Part shown: piece by piece, positions 21,050-31,996 of the stretch
Numbering within the stretch: position 1 is the stretch's first letter
Layout: every line of letters starts with the position of its first letter
Source of the DNA: Lepidodermella squamata
Taxonomy: Eukaryota > Animalia > Gastrotricha
DNA: 64,000 bases
Direction: 5' to 3'
Assembly (NCBI GenBank): GCA_047495785.1
Contig: JBLDXI010000026.1
Span: 248,001-312,000 of the forward strand
Notes under the pieces: generated by a model
Seen by the model: the letters and a program-made list of their open reading frames with translations, nothing else
Databases searched by the model: none
What the model was told of the DNA's origin: nothing
Translations under genes and position numbers: made by a program

Positions 21050-24000
21050 ATGTCTGAAGATTTCGAAATCGTCCGCGATGAAACCATAAGTCAGAGATAT
21101 AACCTATCAACTTATGAAATTAGAGTTCAAACCGGGCAAGGTTCAGAAAATGATACCCTGACTCAATTTTCGCGGCTCCAGGAGACTTTTGATAGTATCG
21201 TATCTAGGTTAAAATCAAAGTTTCATATCGATTCGATGTGTCGAATAACGCTATTTAATTCAGAATTAGCTTATCCTATCTCGCTCGGTTATTACCGACT
21301 GGGAAGCTTGAGCGGAAATACGATTACCGCTAATGTAGAACGCGTTGCTCAATCTAAGGAGAGTTTAAAATTAGCCAAAAATTGGCGAGTGGAAGCTACT
21401 ATGGTCTTCCTCGATAAGAAGGTCTATTTAGGCGCCGGACCTGTTAAACAACGACGTGAAATTCAGAACTCGGCTCTGAAATGGCTGGCGAATCTAAGCT
21501 CGTTCATACCTGTAAATAACAGCGATGCATTATGCTTATTTCACGCTATCATTCTGGGCATCAGCCATGAAAAATATGCGTCTTACGTAGCTGACAAGAA
21601 TCGGAATTTAATTAAATATTTGGAAAATCCGCAGTTAGAGCAAGCCGGCTTAGAATTTCAATTTCTGAAAGAAGACAAGGTCCAGCTGCGAAAAAAAGCC
21701 AGACAGTTGTGCACTGAAGCTGGGTTCGACCCGGATTCTAAACAGTGCTGCTTTAGCGTTGATGATCTTCCTCAAATTATGCGTCTCTATCCTCAATATC
21801 AGGCTGTTGTGTTTTCCTTGCTAGAAGATCGGATAATTTTTGTTTGGCCTGATACGTCAGAATTCCAAGAGACCGAGCCAAAGCGGTTATATTTAATCTG
21901 GATATCTCCTAAAATACTAGCTTCTGAAGGCGCCACTATATACAATAATATAGGTCATTTCGCGGCTCTGAAAAACCTGCATCATGTTGGGCAAGGAAAG
22001 ACTTATTGCAAGTTGTGCCTAGTTCCAGTAACAAGATCGAACCATAATTGTTTATTTCGTTGCTATGCATGTTTTCAGCGTGTGAAGCCCGCTCAAAAAT
22101 TCAGTATAGGAGCAGCGAATATTATACCTAAACAACTAACTCGATGCTCAGACGATTTTTCCTTTAGTTGTTCAGAGTGCAATAGGTGTTTTTACAGCCT
22201 AAAATGCTATGAAAATCATCTGAAATTCAAAATTTGTGAAAAATTCGTCCGTTGTAAAACATGTGGTGATGTAAAGAGTCGTAGTAAAATTGCGTTACAT
22301 CACTGCCAAGGTCGAAAATGCCAGATTTGCAAGTCAGTTCTCGGACCTGATCACAAATGTTACTGGATCAGGCCCAAGCTGAAGCTCTCGCCAGTTCCAA
22401 ATCGCGTTCTCTTTTTCGATACGGAATGTTTGATAATGGATAATGGCGAGTTTTACCCGAGCACAGTGATTGCTGAATTTGCATGTGATGCATGCCGCGA
22501 TCTTGAAATTCGTCAATATCCGATAAATGGGAGTAAAATTTGCGTAAACGGGTGCTCCCAATTGTTCTTCTACGACGAGTATAACGCGTTTTCAAATTTT
22601 ATGGCTCACATCTGCCGTGAAGAATACAAGGATCTCACATGTATTTCGCATTACGGAGGTTAGGTTTTTCCTTTCATCATTTACTGGAAAAAAACTCGTG
22701 TTTTCAAGGGAAATTCGATACACTTTTCGCTTTGAGGTACGCACAAGATCACAATTTGAAGATCGAAACATGTGAGCGAGCGGGAAGAATCCTCGAGCTT
22801 AAAATCACTCGTGGTCCGCGGTATTTTTTTCACAATTTAAAGAAAAACATGGAAAATAAGAAATCGTTTTAGGTTCATTGATAGCTTCAATTATTTCCTT
22901 ACGAAACTCTCATGTCTACCTGCTGCATTCGGTATAGAGGGGATAGAAAAGCTTTCATACCCTCACAAGTTGCACAAGCGAGAAAATCTTCACAAAATTT
23001 TCAGCGAATGGCCTGGTATTGAATTTTATGATACTAGTAACATGGAATCCAGTGAAATATCAAGTCTGGAACAATTCATCAGCCATAAGCGCGAAAACAA
23101 TCAAAAGTTCGATTTCAAGTTGGAAACGTATCGATATTGCATGCAAGACACTGTAATTCTTCGGCTGGCGACGGGACGGTTTTTTAAACTAATTCAAAAT
23201 CTATCGAAATGCGAGTACGCGCCAAATGGTATTGATTGCTTCAAATATCTAACATTGTCAGCGATTTCGCACATCATTTACCGTGTATGTGAATGAAAAA
23301 ATAATGAAAAACCCCATTAATTTCTTCTTTTCAGATAAAATTCATGCCGCAAAAATCTATCAGGATAATGAATCCGCAAGGTTTAGCCCTAAGAGATGTT
23401 GCAAGTCAAGAAGCATTGCAGTGGCTTTACTATTATTCCAAAACTAATAATGTTGAGATAGAATCAGCACTGAACGGTAGTGAATGTCGACTAACCCTAA
23501 GCGATAAAACAATTCGTAAACCCGACGGGGTTGTTCGTAATCGGGCGACTGGGGAGGTTGAACGCGTCCTTGAGTATTACGGTTAGCGTTTTTTCGGAAA
23601 AATTAAGCCCAAGTTTTAAATCTGGTTTTTTCTAGGATGCGCCATTCACGGCCACCCAGCCTGCTTTCCAGAGAACCAATTTAATTTTTTGCTGCGAAAA
23701 ACGTTCGGAGAGCTGGCATATGACACTGCAAAACGCGAGGAGCAGCTGAGACAAAATAATTATAAACTGACAACGATTTATGCTTGCGAGTTCAAATCAA
23801 TGTTAGCGCGCAATCAGGAGCTAGCTAAAGCACTGGAGGCAGCTGTTTCCGTAATCCCGCCGATAAAGCCTCGATCAGCTTTGCTTGTGATAATTATTCA
23901 AAAATTACATTTTTAATCATAATTTTTTTTTTAATTGAAGGGCGGAAGGTGTGAAGTACACCGCTGTTTCTTCGAGAAAGATGCCAATACTAGCTTGTTT

Positions 24001-25512
24001 TACGTTGATATAAACTCCATGTATCCATTTGTTCTGTGGTCGAAAGACTTCCCGTGTCAAGATGTATCAATGCAAGTTTTAAGGTGGCGTTTGGATGATG
24101 CGAAATTGAGGGCAAAGTTTTTTGATACAACGGACCCAGCGTTTGGCCTGATATCTTGCAAGATAGTACCAAACGCTGCTTTGATAATTCCCTGTCTCCC
24201 ATGGAAATACGAAGATCGATTAGTATTTATCAGTTGTAGGACTTGCTACGTCGAGAAAAATTCAAAAACGAGATGCAATCATAATGATGAAGAGCGTGCT
24301 CTAACAGGTGTGTGGACTACTGAAGAGGTACGTATGGCTGTCGAGAAATTCGGGTATAGCCTTCAATCCGTTTTCGAAATATGGCACTACGAGTCCCGAG
24401 GAAATTTGAACTTTAAGGATTTTATAATATCGCTTCAAAAGCTCAAGTTGGAACATACACAAATAGCCGCTAATCTTGACGTAGAGAAATATGTGTCTGA
24501 TTGCCGAGCGAAGTATGGTATCGATTTAGACACGCAGGCTATGCTATCGCCGAATCCTGCTATGAAGCAGATATCGAAGATCCTACAGAATAGGTAGATG
24601 GCGTTGTTTTTTAGCACTGGTCTTGGTCTTATATCCCTCGTAGCTTTTACGGCAGATTTTGTCTCCGAAGCAATAATTCTACTGTGAAATATCTTGATTC
24701 GCCAGAGCAACTTATAGATCTGTTCGAAAGTCCAGGGAAAGTTGTTCACACCATACTGCCAGTTGGCCCTGATGACGAATCTCAACGAGTCCGCGTTTCA
24801 TATTCCGATGCTCCAGATCACGAACAACCCTGTCCGAGCAATTCAGAGATAATAGCCGCTTTCATAACGTCGTATGCAAGAATTTTGTTGTACGAAGAGG
24901 TTGAAGGAAGCTATTCGAAATCAATAATTTTTAAAGCTCTTTGCTTTCTAGATGGCTCGACTCGGTTCGAGGGTAGTCTATTGCGATAGTAAGCATTTTT
25001 TCAATTTCCGAGATTTTTTTCAAATTCAATTTTTTAAGCGGATTCCTTAATTTACACGCATCAAGAGGGCGAGTATAAAATTCCAGAGGGACCCTTCATG
25101 GGTGAATTCAAATCGGAATTAAGCGATGGCGAAATCATTGAATCATGGGTTTGCATCTCGCCAAAGTCATACTCATTCGTAACTAATTTCAGGTATCGAT
25201 GAAAAAATAATTTCACTGCGGATTTTTCGAGGCTTTGATATTTTCAGATCTGAGCTCAAGTTCAAAGGAATAACTCAGAGCCTCGCAGGGAAAAAATTGT
25301 CACATGAATCTTTAGTCAAGCTGTTATTTGAATCATTGAGCGAATCTGCGCATCCATCTCTGACTCTTGATCAAACCAGATTCCACCGGCGGCACGTTCC
25401 GGCTTCAGTGACTCTTGAAACGCTTGAAAAAAGAATAGCGCCACATTTGAATGATAAACGAATATTTTGCCCTACATCCTTTACTTCAATACCTTACGGG
25501 TACCGGGTATAA
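21050..25512 (+). CDS. pPolB: Protein-primed family B DNA polymerase (group 2), 10 exons, ~1331 aa: 21050-22658, 22709-22820, 22873-23284, 23335-23581, 23636-23886, 23941-24593, 24644-24899, 24952-24988, 25039-25192, 25248-25512
   Basis: vOTU (SDALC..GHF), CxxC fingers, ExoI FFDTE, ExoII HYG|GKFD, R|FIDSFN, ExoIII YCMQD, VSR-like EYYG|CAIHG, L|GGRCE, motif A DINSMYP, motif B KILQN|SFYG, motif C YCD|TDS, PKSY, KFKG, DKR..PYGY; spliced length 3996 nt is a multiple of 3. Confidence 0.95.
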
Positions 25513-25544
25513 CTCTTTCATGCATTCTTCTTCTATTAGAAATT

Positions 25545-25997
25545 ATGTCAGACAGCATTTCACCGGATCGATTGGCTCCTGAGAGTGTAGCCTCTTACGA
25601 GTTTGTAAATTCTGAAGTTACCTGTTGCATTTGCCTTGGAATCATGCTTACACCTGTACACATTTCCAACTGTCAACACGCATTCTGCGAAACCTGCATT
25701 TGTCGATGGGGCGATCGAGTTGAAGCTGGTAAAAAAGGTGGTTTGGTGGCGTATATGTACTCGAAGGCTACTTGCCCGAAATGCCGCCAATTATATACTT
25801 GCTTGGATCTCACCCCTGGGCCGGCTGTTGTAGATCGATTAGTCTCCCTTTTGCAGTTTAAATGCGTGAATGAAAAGCGCGGATGCTCAGTCAAAATGGA
25901 CTATCTCAGTCTCATGGAGCATCAAAAGAAATGCAATAAACGGAAAGTACCAAAATATACTGGAAATTTTAAATTTCTTCGTCAAAAAGCTGATTAG
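25545..25997 (+). CDS. C3HC4 RING finger + TRAF-type zinc finger protein (putative E3 ligase), 150 aa
   Basis: CCICL..PV...CQHAFCETCI..W...CPKCR followed by CVNEKRGC..LMEHQKKC. Confidence 0.88.
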   Translation: MSDSISPDRLAPESVASYEFVNSEVTCCICLGIMLTPVHISNCQHAFCETCICRWGDRVEAGKKGGLVAYMYSKATCPKCRQLYTCLDLTPGPAVVDRLVSLLQFKCVNEKRGCSVKMDYLSLMEHQKKCNKRKVPKYTGNFKFLRQKAD

Positions 25998-26103
25998 GGA
26001 TTCAGCTTCCCAATTGAATCAAGTCTGAAATCCATCTGAAATAAATCCATATGCACCTAAACAAAAATATGTTTGAATTTTAGGATCAAATTAACTAAAA
26101 AGA

Positions 26104-26441
26104 ATGAAAAGTTCGTACATTTTGGAGCTTAAACTGACGAATGGCAGTACTTTCTACACGACTTTCGATGAATCATCGACACTTGCTGACATCATAGCAC
26201 ATCTACACGCTGCTTGGCCGCCAAAATGGGGCGACAAGCTTGACCTGGATCAATTACAGCTCTACTGCAAAGATCGCGCAATCAGAAAGTCGGTGCTGCT
26301 CAAGTGTAAGTAAATTTCTACCTTTGAACCGAGCTTGATGATTTTCCAATCCTAGCATTGAGTCGCCGCGAACTACATGGCTACAAGCATCGCACTTATT
26401 ATGTCACTATTGTCTCAAAAAGCCCTCTTCCCGAGCTTTGA
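26104..26441 (+). CDS. UBL3/MUB-like ubiquitin-fold protein 1 (intron 26306-26355)
   Basis: LKLTNG..F...TLADIIAHLHAAWPPKW...LQLY; the WPxxW..LxLxY signature of UBL3. Confidence 0.7.
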
Positions 26442-26513
26442 ACTTTCTGCTAATGTATAGTAAAGAAAAATACTATATTCGAGCTTGTTTTAAACTTAGA
26501 TTTGTAACTTAAA

Positions 26514-26759
26514 ATGGAACCTCAGGCTTTTGAGGAATTTTCAGCTAATGTCGCTTGGAGAAATGGAGATCAAATTAGCTTGCGATGCCATGCGTCAATA
26601 AAAGTAGACGCTATCCTACAGCAGATATATGACGAATGGCCAGATAGTTGGGGTGAGAAGCCGCATGTGAAAGAACTCCGACTATGTTACAACGGTAGAT
26701 GCTTGCATAGGTTCTACAAACCAATAAGAAAGTATTTCCCAAGTATTTCCCAAGTGTAA
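26514..26759 (+). CDS. UBL3/MUB-like protein 2 (possible extra 3' exon to ~26860)
   Basis: IYDEWPDSWGEKPHVKELRLCYNGRCLH vs UBL3 VYDNWPMDW..ILRLIYQGRFLH. Confidence 0.75.
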   Translation: MEPQAFEEFSANVAWRNGDQISLRCHASIKVDAILQQIYDEWPDSWGEKPHVKELRLCYNGRCLHRFYKPIRKYFPSISQV

Positions 26760-26907
26760 TTGTTTTTATCCAACAGAACTCTGCAACTATCTCCGAGTGA
26801 ACGTTTTGGAGCTGACAGCTACAGCGCTTCATGTCTAATGATTTTCTGCTATGTATAAAAGATGGGTAAAAAAAGGGATCTTTTTAATTTTAGAAACATT
26901 TGAAAAA

Positions 26908-27165
26908 ATGACTAAATGGAATTTGAAAATTCGTATCGATAAGCGATTGAGTCCGAAATTAACTCTCAGAACGATTGGCGATCTTAAGGTAAATTCTCAA
27001 TTGCGAATCCCGCTAATTATAAGAATTATACTCTGGCAGGTTTTGTTTATACGCAATTGTCCATGCCAACCATGCGTGATTGTCTCTGGAACGACAAAAG
27101 CGAAGATCTTTCGTCTATCTGACATTGAGACCGCAATTTGCTTTTACAAACAGCGTGAAAATTAA
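26908..27165 (+). CDS. Small Maverick orphan protein (probable in-frame intron 26989-27039)
   Basis: ATG after a TTTTAG acceptor; 51-nt GTAAAT...GGCAG intron; CPCQPC motif. Confidence 0.4.
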   Translation: MTKWNLKIRIDKRLSPKLTLRTIGDLKVNSQLRIPLIIRIILWQVLFIRNCPCQPCVIVSGTTKAKIFRLSDIETAICFYKQREN

Positions 27166-27222
27166 GTCGTGAAAAAAGTGATTCAGGAATGGTTTTTTTA
27201 TCTTAGGTTATAAAAATAATTG

Positions 27223-27573
27223 ATGGAAGCATCTCAAGATTGCGATTGGAGCAGCTGCGAATCCCTTGATTCTTGCAATTCTGTTGATTCTTCAACTCAA
27301 ACTTTGCCTTATGAGCCGAACTCTTCAGCTCTTCTCCTCAGGTGGGTTACTGGCGCTAAGGTCATCATAAAATGTCGAAAGTCGACTCAGATGCGCGAAA
27401 TTTTGAATAAGCTGTGGGAAAAATGGCCCGATGGTTGGACAAGCCGGCCTTCGGACCCCAGAAAATTGAAAATTTACTACGGCCGGCTCAACATTCAAGA
27501 CTTGACTAACGTCTACGAATTGAGCAAGGATCTTGACAAACGTCATTTGGTATTCAACGTACGCTGCGAGTAA
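27223..27573 (+). CDS. UBL3/MUB-like protein 3
   Basis: LLLRWVTGAKVIIKC...LWEKWPDGW...LKIYYGR...VFNVR. Confidence 0.72.
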   Translation: MEASQDCDWSSCESLDSCNSVDSSTQTLPYEPNSSALLLRWVTGAKVIIKCRKSTQMREILNKLWEKWPDGWTSRPSDPRKLKIYYGRLNIQDLTNVYELSKDLDKRHLVFNVRCE

Positions 27574-27672
27574 TAGTTCATCACAATTCAAACAGTTGAA
27601 ATCTGTATTAACCTGAATAATTGACGCAGTAAAATTAAATGGTTATGATATTCTTTTTTAGGCGAATTAATA

Positions 27673-28023
27673 ATGATATACTCGGCTGCGATTGAATCCC
27701 CTTCGATGAAACCTTCAATTCCAGTAATTAACCTCGTTCAGGATGACGTAGCTATCTTACTGAAGTGGGAGAATGGCAACAAAGTAATCATGCGTTGTCG
27801 ACCATGGCTATCATGCGACTCCGTGTTAGCAGCGCTGGGGGCTGACTGGCCAAAAAATTGGGATAAAATTGGACCCACTGACAGATTGCATTTGCACTAC
27901 AATAAACTTTGCCTTCCCCCTTTTGGTTATAAAGTCGGAGATTTTCTGAAAGATAGCAGACATCGCTTTGTAACGCTACATGTAAAATCATTTGAGCCCA
28001 AGATCAAGCGCATTTGTCCTTAG
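27673..28023 (+). CDS. UBL3/MUB-like protein 4
   Basis: ILLKWENGNKVIMRC...ADWPKNW...LHLHYN...VTLHVK. Confidence 0.72.
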   Translation: MIYSAAIESPSMKPSIPVINLVQDDVAILLKWENGNKVIMRCRPWLSCDSVLAALGADWPKNWDKIGPTDRLHLHYNKLCLPPFGYKVGDFLKDSRHRFVTLHVKSFEPKIKRICP

Positions 28024-28073
28024 TAAAGTGTTTAATTAACTCTGATTTTTCTAGTGCAGTTAACTAAAATCGC

Positions 28074-28415
28074 ATGGAAATAGCAAACGATATCTCTCAA
28101 ACCCTAAGCAAGACGGAAGACTCGACAATTCCAGTAATTGACATAGTTCGGAACGATCTGACTGTCATTCTTAAGTGGGTTACTGGAGATAAAGTAATCA
28201 TGCACTGTGAAGAGTTGGATTGTCCGTATGACATTATTCGCAAGTTAATGGCGACCTGGCCAAAAAGATGGAAATTCGATAAATCGGCTGAACCTCATAC
28301 ATTATACTTATGCTACGGCGGTCTTAAGCTGCCAGGGTGGCACAGGATGAGGTTTTTTTTACCTGCTAATGATTCCAGCCGACGATATGTAACACTTGAT
28401 GTCAAATATATGTAA
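28074..28415 (+). CDS. UBL3/MUB-like protein 5
   Basis: ILKWVTGDKVIMHC...ATWPKRW...LYLCYGG...VTLDVK; close paralog of protein 4 (shared IPVI motif). Confidence 0.72.
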   Translation: MEIANDISQTLSKTEDSTIPVIDIVRNDLTVILKWVTGDKVIMHCEELDCPYDIIRKLMATWPKRWKFDKSAEPHTLYLCYGGLKLPGWHRMRFFLPANDSSRRYVTLDVKYM

Positions 28416-28522
28416 TATTAATCGTTTGATTTTATCCGTTTATTCAACGCATAGGTAATAGGTATTCAATAAATATATCATATGTAATTTCGGGTAATTT
28501 TTTATTTTTTTAGGAAAATATT

Positions 28523-29439
28523 ATGATAGCTGACTTCTACAATTCTGGATTGCCCCCGAATTTCGCGTGGAAAATAGTGAAATCATTGAAGGTTTGCTGA
28601 CAAGTAGTCTGGACCTAAAACGCATTTTTTGTATTGTAGCCGTTCGACAACTTGCGACCAAAATCTGTTCAGCGAGCATCAGGATTCAGGCGGTTGAAAG
28701 TGATGTGCATTTCCGACACGCACGACAGCGATTTTGTTTCAAAGGTGTCGAAAGCTCAAACATCGGCTCAAGCTGATATTTTGGTTCACGCGGGTGACAT
28801 TACGACTTTCGGAAGTTCAGCAGAACTACGTCGATTTGATCGTCTGTTATCAAGCGTCAAGCCAATGTTCCGAGAAGTAGTTGTTATCGCTGGAAATCAC
28901 GATCGATGTTTGCAAAGCGGCGAATATGAGCTGAAAAATTGCATCTACTTGCAAGATGAGGCGATCAGAATCAGCGGTCTTCTGTTTTACGGCACGCCGT
29001 GGTAAGTTTCTTGAATCGTGTTTCTTGATTCAAGTTTCTTTCGCGAAGGACACCGTGGACTGACAGTCGACATTCGGCTTTCACGCGTGCGAGAGGTCGA
29101 GAAATTAGCGCGAAATGGGAGATGATTCCCAGCGATACCGACATATTAGTTACTCATAGTCCCATGTTGGGTGTTCTGGATCAAACATCGAGTGGTGAGC
29201 GGATCGGCTGCCTTTCGCTCGCTGATCAAATTTTAACTCGCATTAACCCAAAGCTTCACATTTTTGGGCACGCTCATTTCAGTAATCATGTAACAAAAGA
29301 AAAATTGAATTCAACTTTTTCTTTTTATTAAGGTCGCGGAGAATTTGAAACTGATAATACATTGTTTGTGAATGCAAGCCTGTGTGACGACGAGAACAAG
29401 TTACAGTTCAACCCGATATCTGTGGAGTTGCTCTACTAA
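28523..29439 (+). CDS. MPPED1/2 (239FB)-like calcineurin-fold metallophosphoesterase, 4 exons (introns 28592-28639, 29002-29048, 29282-29332)
   Basis: ISDTH, HAGDIT, AGNHD, YGTPW, W..IP..TDILVTHSP, FGHAH, FVNAS. Confidence 0.88.
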
Positions 29440-30305
29440 CGATCTGGCTTTGGAATCCATGCTGCCCATCCGCCGCTTTGTCCGCGGGTTTTCGGAGGTG
29501 ATGTCAACACTCGAGGATTCGTCGCCTTTATCGATCCCGCATCGACTATTTTGTGTAGTCGTTCTGCTGAATCCGTTGTCAATGGAGCATTCGTATCCGT
29601 AATATTTTGTAGGAACTCTAACAACGGCCATGAATCAACTACCGTTCCCGAATTCGGACTTAACAGATTGATCGTTTTATTTGGTGAAATTACAACCCTC
29701 TTGGACCTATTGGGTCCTTTCAAATCACTAAGTATCTTAGTCACCAGCAATCTCCGAGTTTTCGACTGGAAGCTATCAATGATTTCTTTAAAGTCCAAGG
29801 GTTTTTCAGGAGATACCTCCTCGCCCTGTTCTATTTTGGGAGAGCGAGTTGCTAACGGAGTTGTAGGTCGTTGCTTCACAGGGGATAAATTAGCTTCAGT
29901 CTCGCTTATCTCATTTTCATCCTCTAATGGATCATTAGATTTGGGTTCTGATTTTGTCTCTGCAATTTTTAATTCGCTTACAACGCGCTGAAACTCGCGG
30001 AAGGCAGAGTTGAATTTGTACAGCTTCCGACGAGCGTCTTCCTCTACATTGTCGGAAGATGACAATGCAGTTAGCATTTGCATTGCGTTACGCTTCAGCA
30101 AGCCTTTCTGCGCAGGTTCAGATGCTTCCTTGATTAATCGTTTACTCTCTGTCTCAACGGTATTCTTTGCGTCGTCATGCTTTAGCGCTCCTGGAACAAG
30201 GGCATAACGCTTTGCAAACTGGCCGAATCCACTCATTTTCGTGTGGCTTTGACAATTGCTTCGACCACTGTGGGAAGTATTCCTAAAATTGGTCTCATTT
30301 ATCAA
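29436..30305 (-). CDS. Conserved-position Maverick protein (PZ-like); probable start at MSGFGQF
   Basis: AKRYALVP N-terminal motif; last gene of the morphogenetic block. Confidence 0.5.
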   Translation of the reverse strand: MINETNFRNTSHSGRSNCQSHTKMSGFGQFAKRYALVPGALKHDDAKNTVETESKRLIKEASEPAQKGLLKRNAMQMLTALSSSDNVEEDARRKLYKFNSAFREFQRVVSELKIAETKSEPKSNDPLEDENEISETEANLSPVKQRPTTPLATRSPKIEQGEEVSPEKPLDFKEIIDSFQSKTRRLLVTKILSDLKGPNRSKRVVISPNKTINLLSPNSGTVVDSWPLLEFLQNITDTNAPLTTDSAERLHKIVDAGSIKATNPRVLTSPPKTRGQSGGWAAWIPKPDR

Positions 30306-30315
30306 TTTTTTTTAA

Positions 30316-30648
30316 TTAAAAAATAAGCAAACCAGCTACGGCTGACAATAGCGGTACTACAAAAGCTGCCCCGCCTTTCTGAACTATGTACTGACGATTA
30401 CTGCTAACAGTTCGCTCGCTTTCACCTAATTTTCTGATAGATTTACTAAATCTTCGCAGCTTTTTCGCTAATCTCGGCGAAATCTGAAGGTTCTTGTTGA
30501 GGAGATTGAGGCAAACTTCGCTTATAATTCTGATGACCGTATCCGGAGCAATAGATAACAACTGCCTACGCCGATCAATAGATTTTGCTCGAACTATTTC
30601 TCTTATAAAACCCAAAACGCGCTGCGATTTATCGTATGACTTGCGCAT
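30316..30648 (-). CDS. Conserved small basic Maverick protein (PW-like) with QKGG putative protease site
   Basis: IISEVCLNLL...LRRF..SIRKL...QKGG followed by a hydrophobic tail. Confidence 0.75.
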   Translation of the reverse strand: MRKSYDKSQRVLGFIREIVRAKSIDRRRQLLSIAPDTVIRIISEVCLNLLNKNLQISPRLAKKLRRFSKSIRKLGESERTVSSNRQYIVQKGGAAFVVPLLSAVAGLLIF

Positions 30649-30704
30649 ATCTTTAGACCATTATAAATGTGAACAAACACCTCATTTATATATACATTTT
30701 ATTA

Positions 30705-31448
30705 TTATTTCGGTACATAAATTACACCAGGGAAAGCGCCCACCCCAGTTCTATAGCGCATAAACTCCGGACAATCAGGACTGAGGTCGATAAGTAAGTA
30801 ACGATGTCCGCCTTTGCTTGTTTCCATTTCGAAACTCTCCACTACGAACCGCCAGCGCAGCGGTTCCAATTGCAGGGCGAGATAGCGGAACGATGTGAGA
30901 TCTGCACGATGCCGAAAAATGAATAAATATTTAGCATTCAGCGTCATTTCTTTGGACATTTTTCCTTTGCAGAATATTGCTTGCTGAGTAAAAAATACAG
31001 ATAACTTCAAATGATGAGAGTATCGATAAAATAATTGAAGAATTTTCGGATCGTTTCTTCCTGTATCATACAAGTCATCTATCACTAACAATGTATAAGT
31101 ATCATCTCCACTGCTTGATTGGAATTCTTCAAAGTTTAGTTGCTCTAGACCTTTGCGAAACTCAACAGTAAGACCACGGCTTTTTTCTACTTCATCCTTT
31201 ATTTGCTGATGCATCCCGGTCTCAACCCCGTAAAACCATAACACTCGATGCGGCGCTGGTGATATGGATTCCGGGTCGTTAAGAATTCGTCGAATAAGCC
31301 ATGTTTTGCCTAATATACATAGGATGAAATGAGATAATATTTATGAATCGCACAACTAACCTGCGCCGCTAGGACCTATAACGAGCGAGCAGAAAGGGGC
31401 TTGCAAGCTAAGCGATACATCTATTTCTGATGGCAAATCGCCAGACAT
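30705..31448 (-). CDS. ATP: A32/FtsK-like DNA packaging ATPase, 2 exons (intron 31310-31360), 230 aa
   Basis: Walker A GPSGAG|KT is split by the intron; Walker B LLVIDD; YSHHLKLSVFFTQQ; YLLID. Confidence 0.92.
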
Positions 31449-31996
31449 GACTGGTGACCGCTACAGGTACCGAAATGACGGGACATTTTCTCAGATTTGC
31501 TAACTTTAAATATTCGATTCACCTGATCAACTATGAAATTATCCGTATTTTTATCAGGAAGCATTTGCGCAATCTTATCCATAGATGCTCCCCTCGCGAA
31601 CCAGTGAAGCGTTAAATATGCGTAGTAGCCACAAACCGCCGTTGAATCGCTCTGATATTTATGCTTGTTATAAATGTAATTATTTTTCGAGTTGATGTTC
31701 GTTAAAAATGCTTCTATAGCCTTGTTATAGAAGTTCCCGCGCCGACCATAGCTATCAAAGAATAAAGCCGGCTCGTTTGTTTGTGGGACATAAATTGACA
31801 GCCAATGACTTCCCGGCTGACCAGCGGCGTCTGTATTTACAATTAGAGCCATGGGACGCTCGCTCATCCCCTGATATCGTGATAGATAATCCCATGGTAT
31901 AGTCTTTTTAACTGGAATTTTATTGAGATTTCTATCACAGCCAAGTAGACAGTCCAACTGGAGGGTATTTAGTTGACCTCCGTTCATGCTATTCAC
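31421..31996 (-). CDS. PRO: Adenain-like (C5) maturation cysteine protease
   Basis: IVNTD...GSHW, FFDSYG, YQ.....VCGYY (H-D-Q-C). Confidence 0.93.
   Translation of the reverse strand: MNSMNGGQLNTLQLDCLLGCDRNLNKIPVKKTIPWDYLSRYQGMSERPMALIVNTDAAGQPGSHWLSIYVPQTNEPALFFDSYGRRGNFYNKAIEAFLTNINSKNNYIYNKHKYQSDSTAVCGYYAYLTLHWFARGASMDKIAQMLPDKNTDNFIVDQVNRIFKVSKSEKMSRHFGTCSGHQSCLAICHQK

Noticed and set aside
21050-25512. pPolB looks fragmented like a pseudogene in the ORF track
   Set aside because: Every break is a 50-55-nt GT-AG segment whose removal restores the frame and catalytic motifs, so these are introns, not decay
29551-30763. Plus-strand ORFs opposite the PZ/PW-like genes, and similar antisense ORFs across the GPCR, iGluR and CAP genes
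   Set aside because: Antisense shadows with no motifs, overlapping better-supported genes
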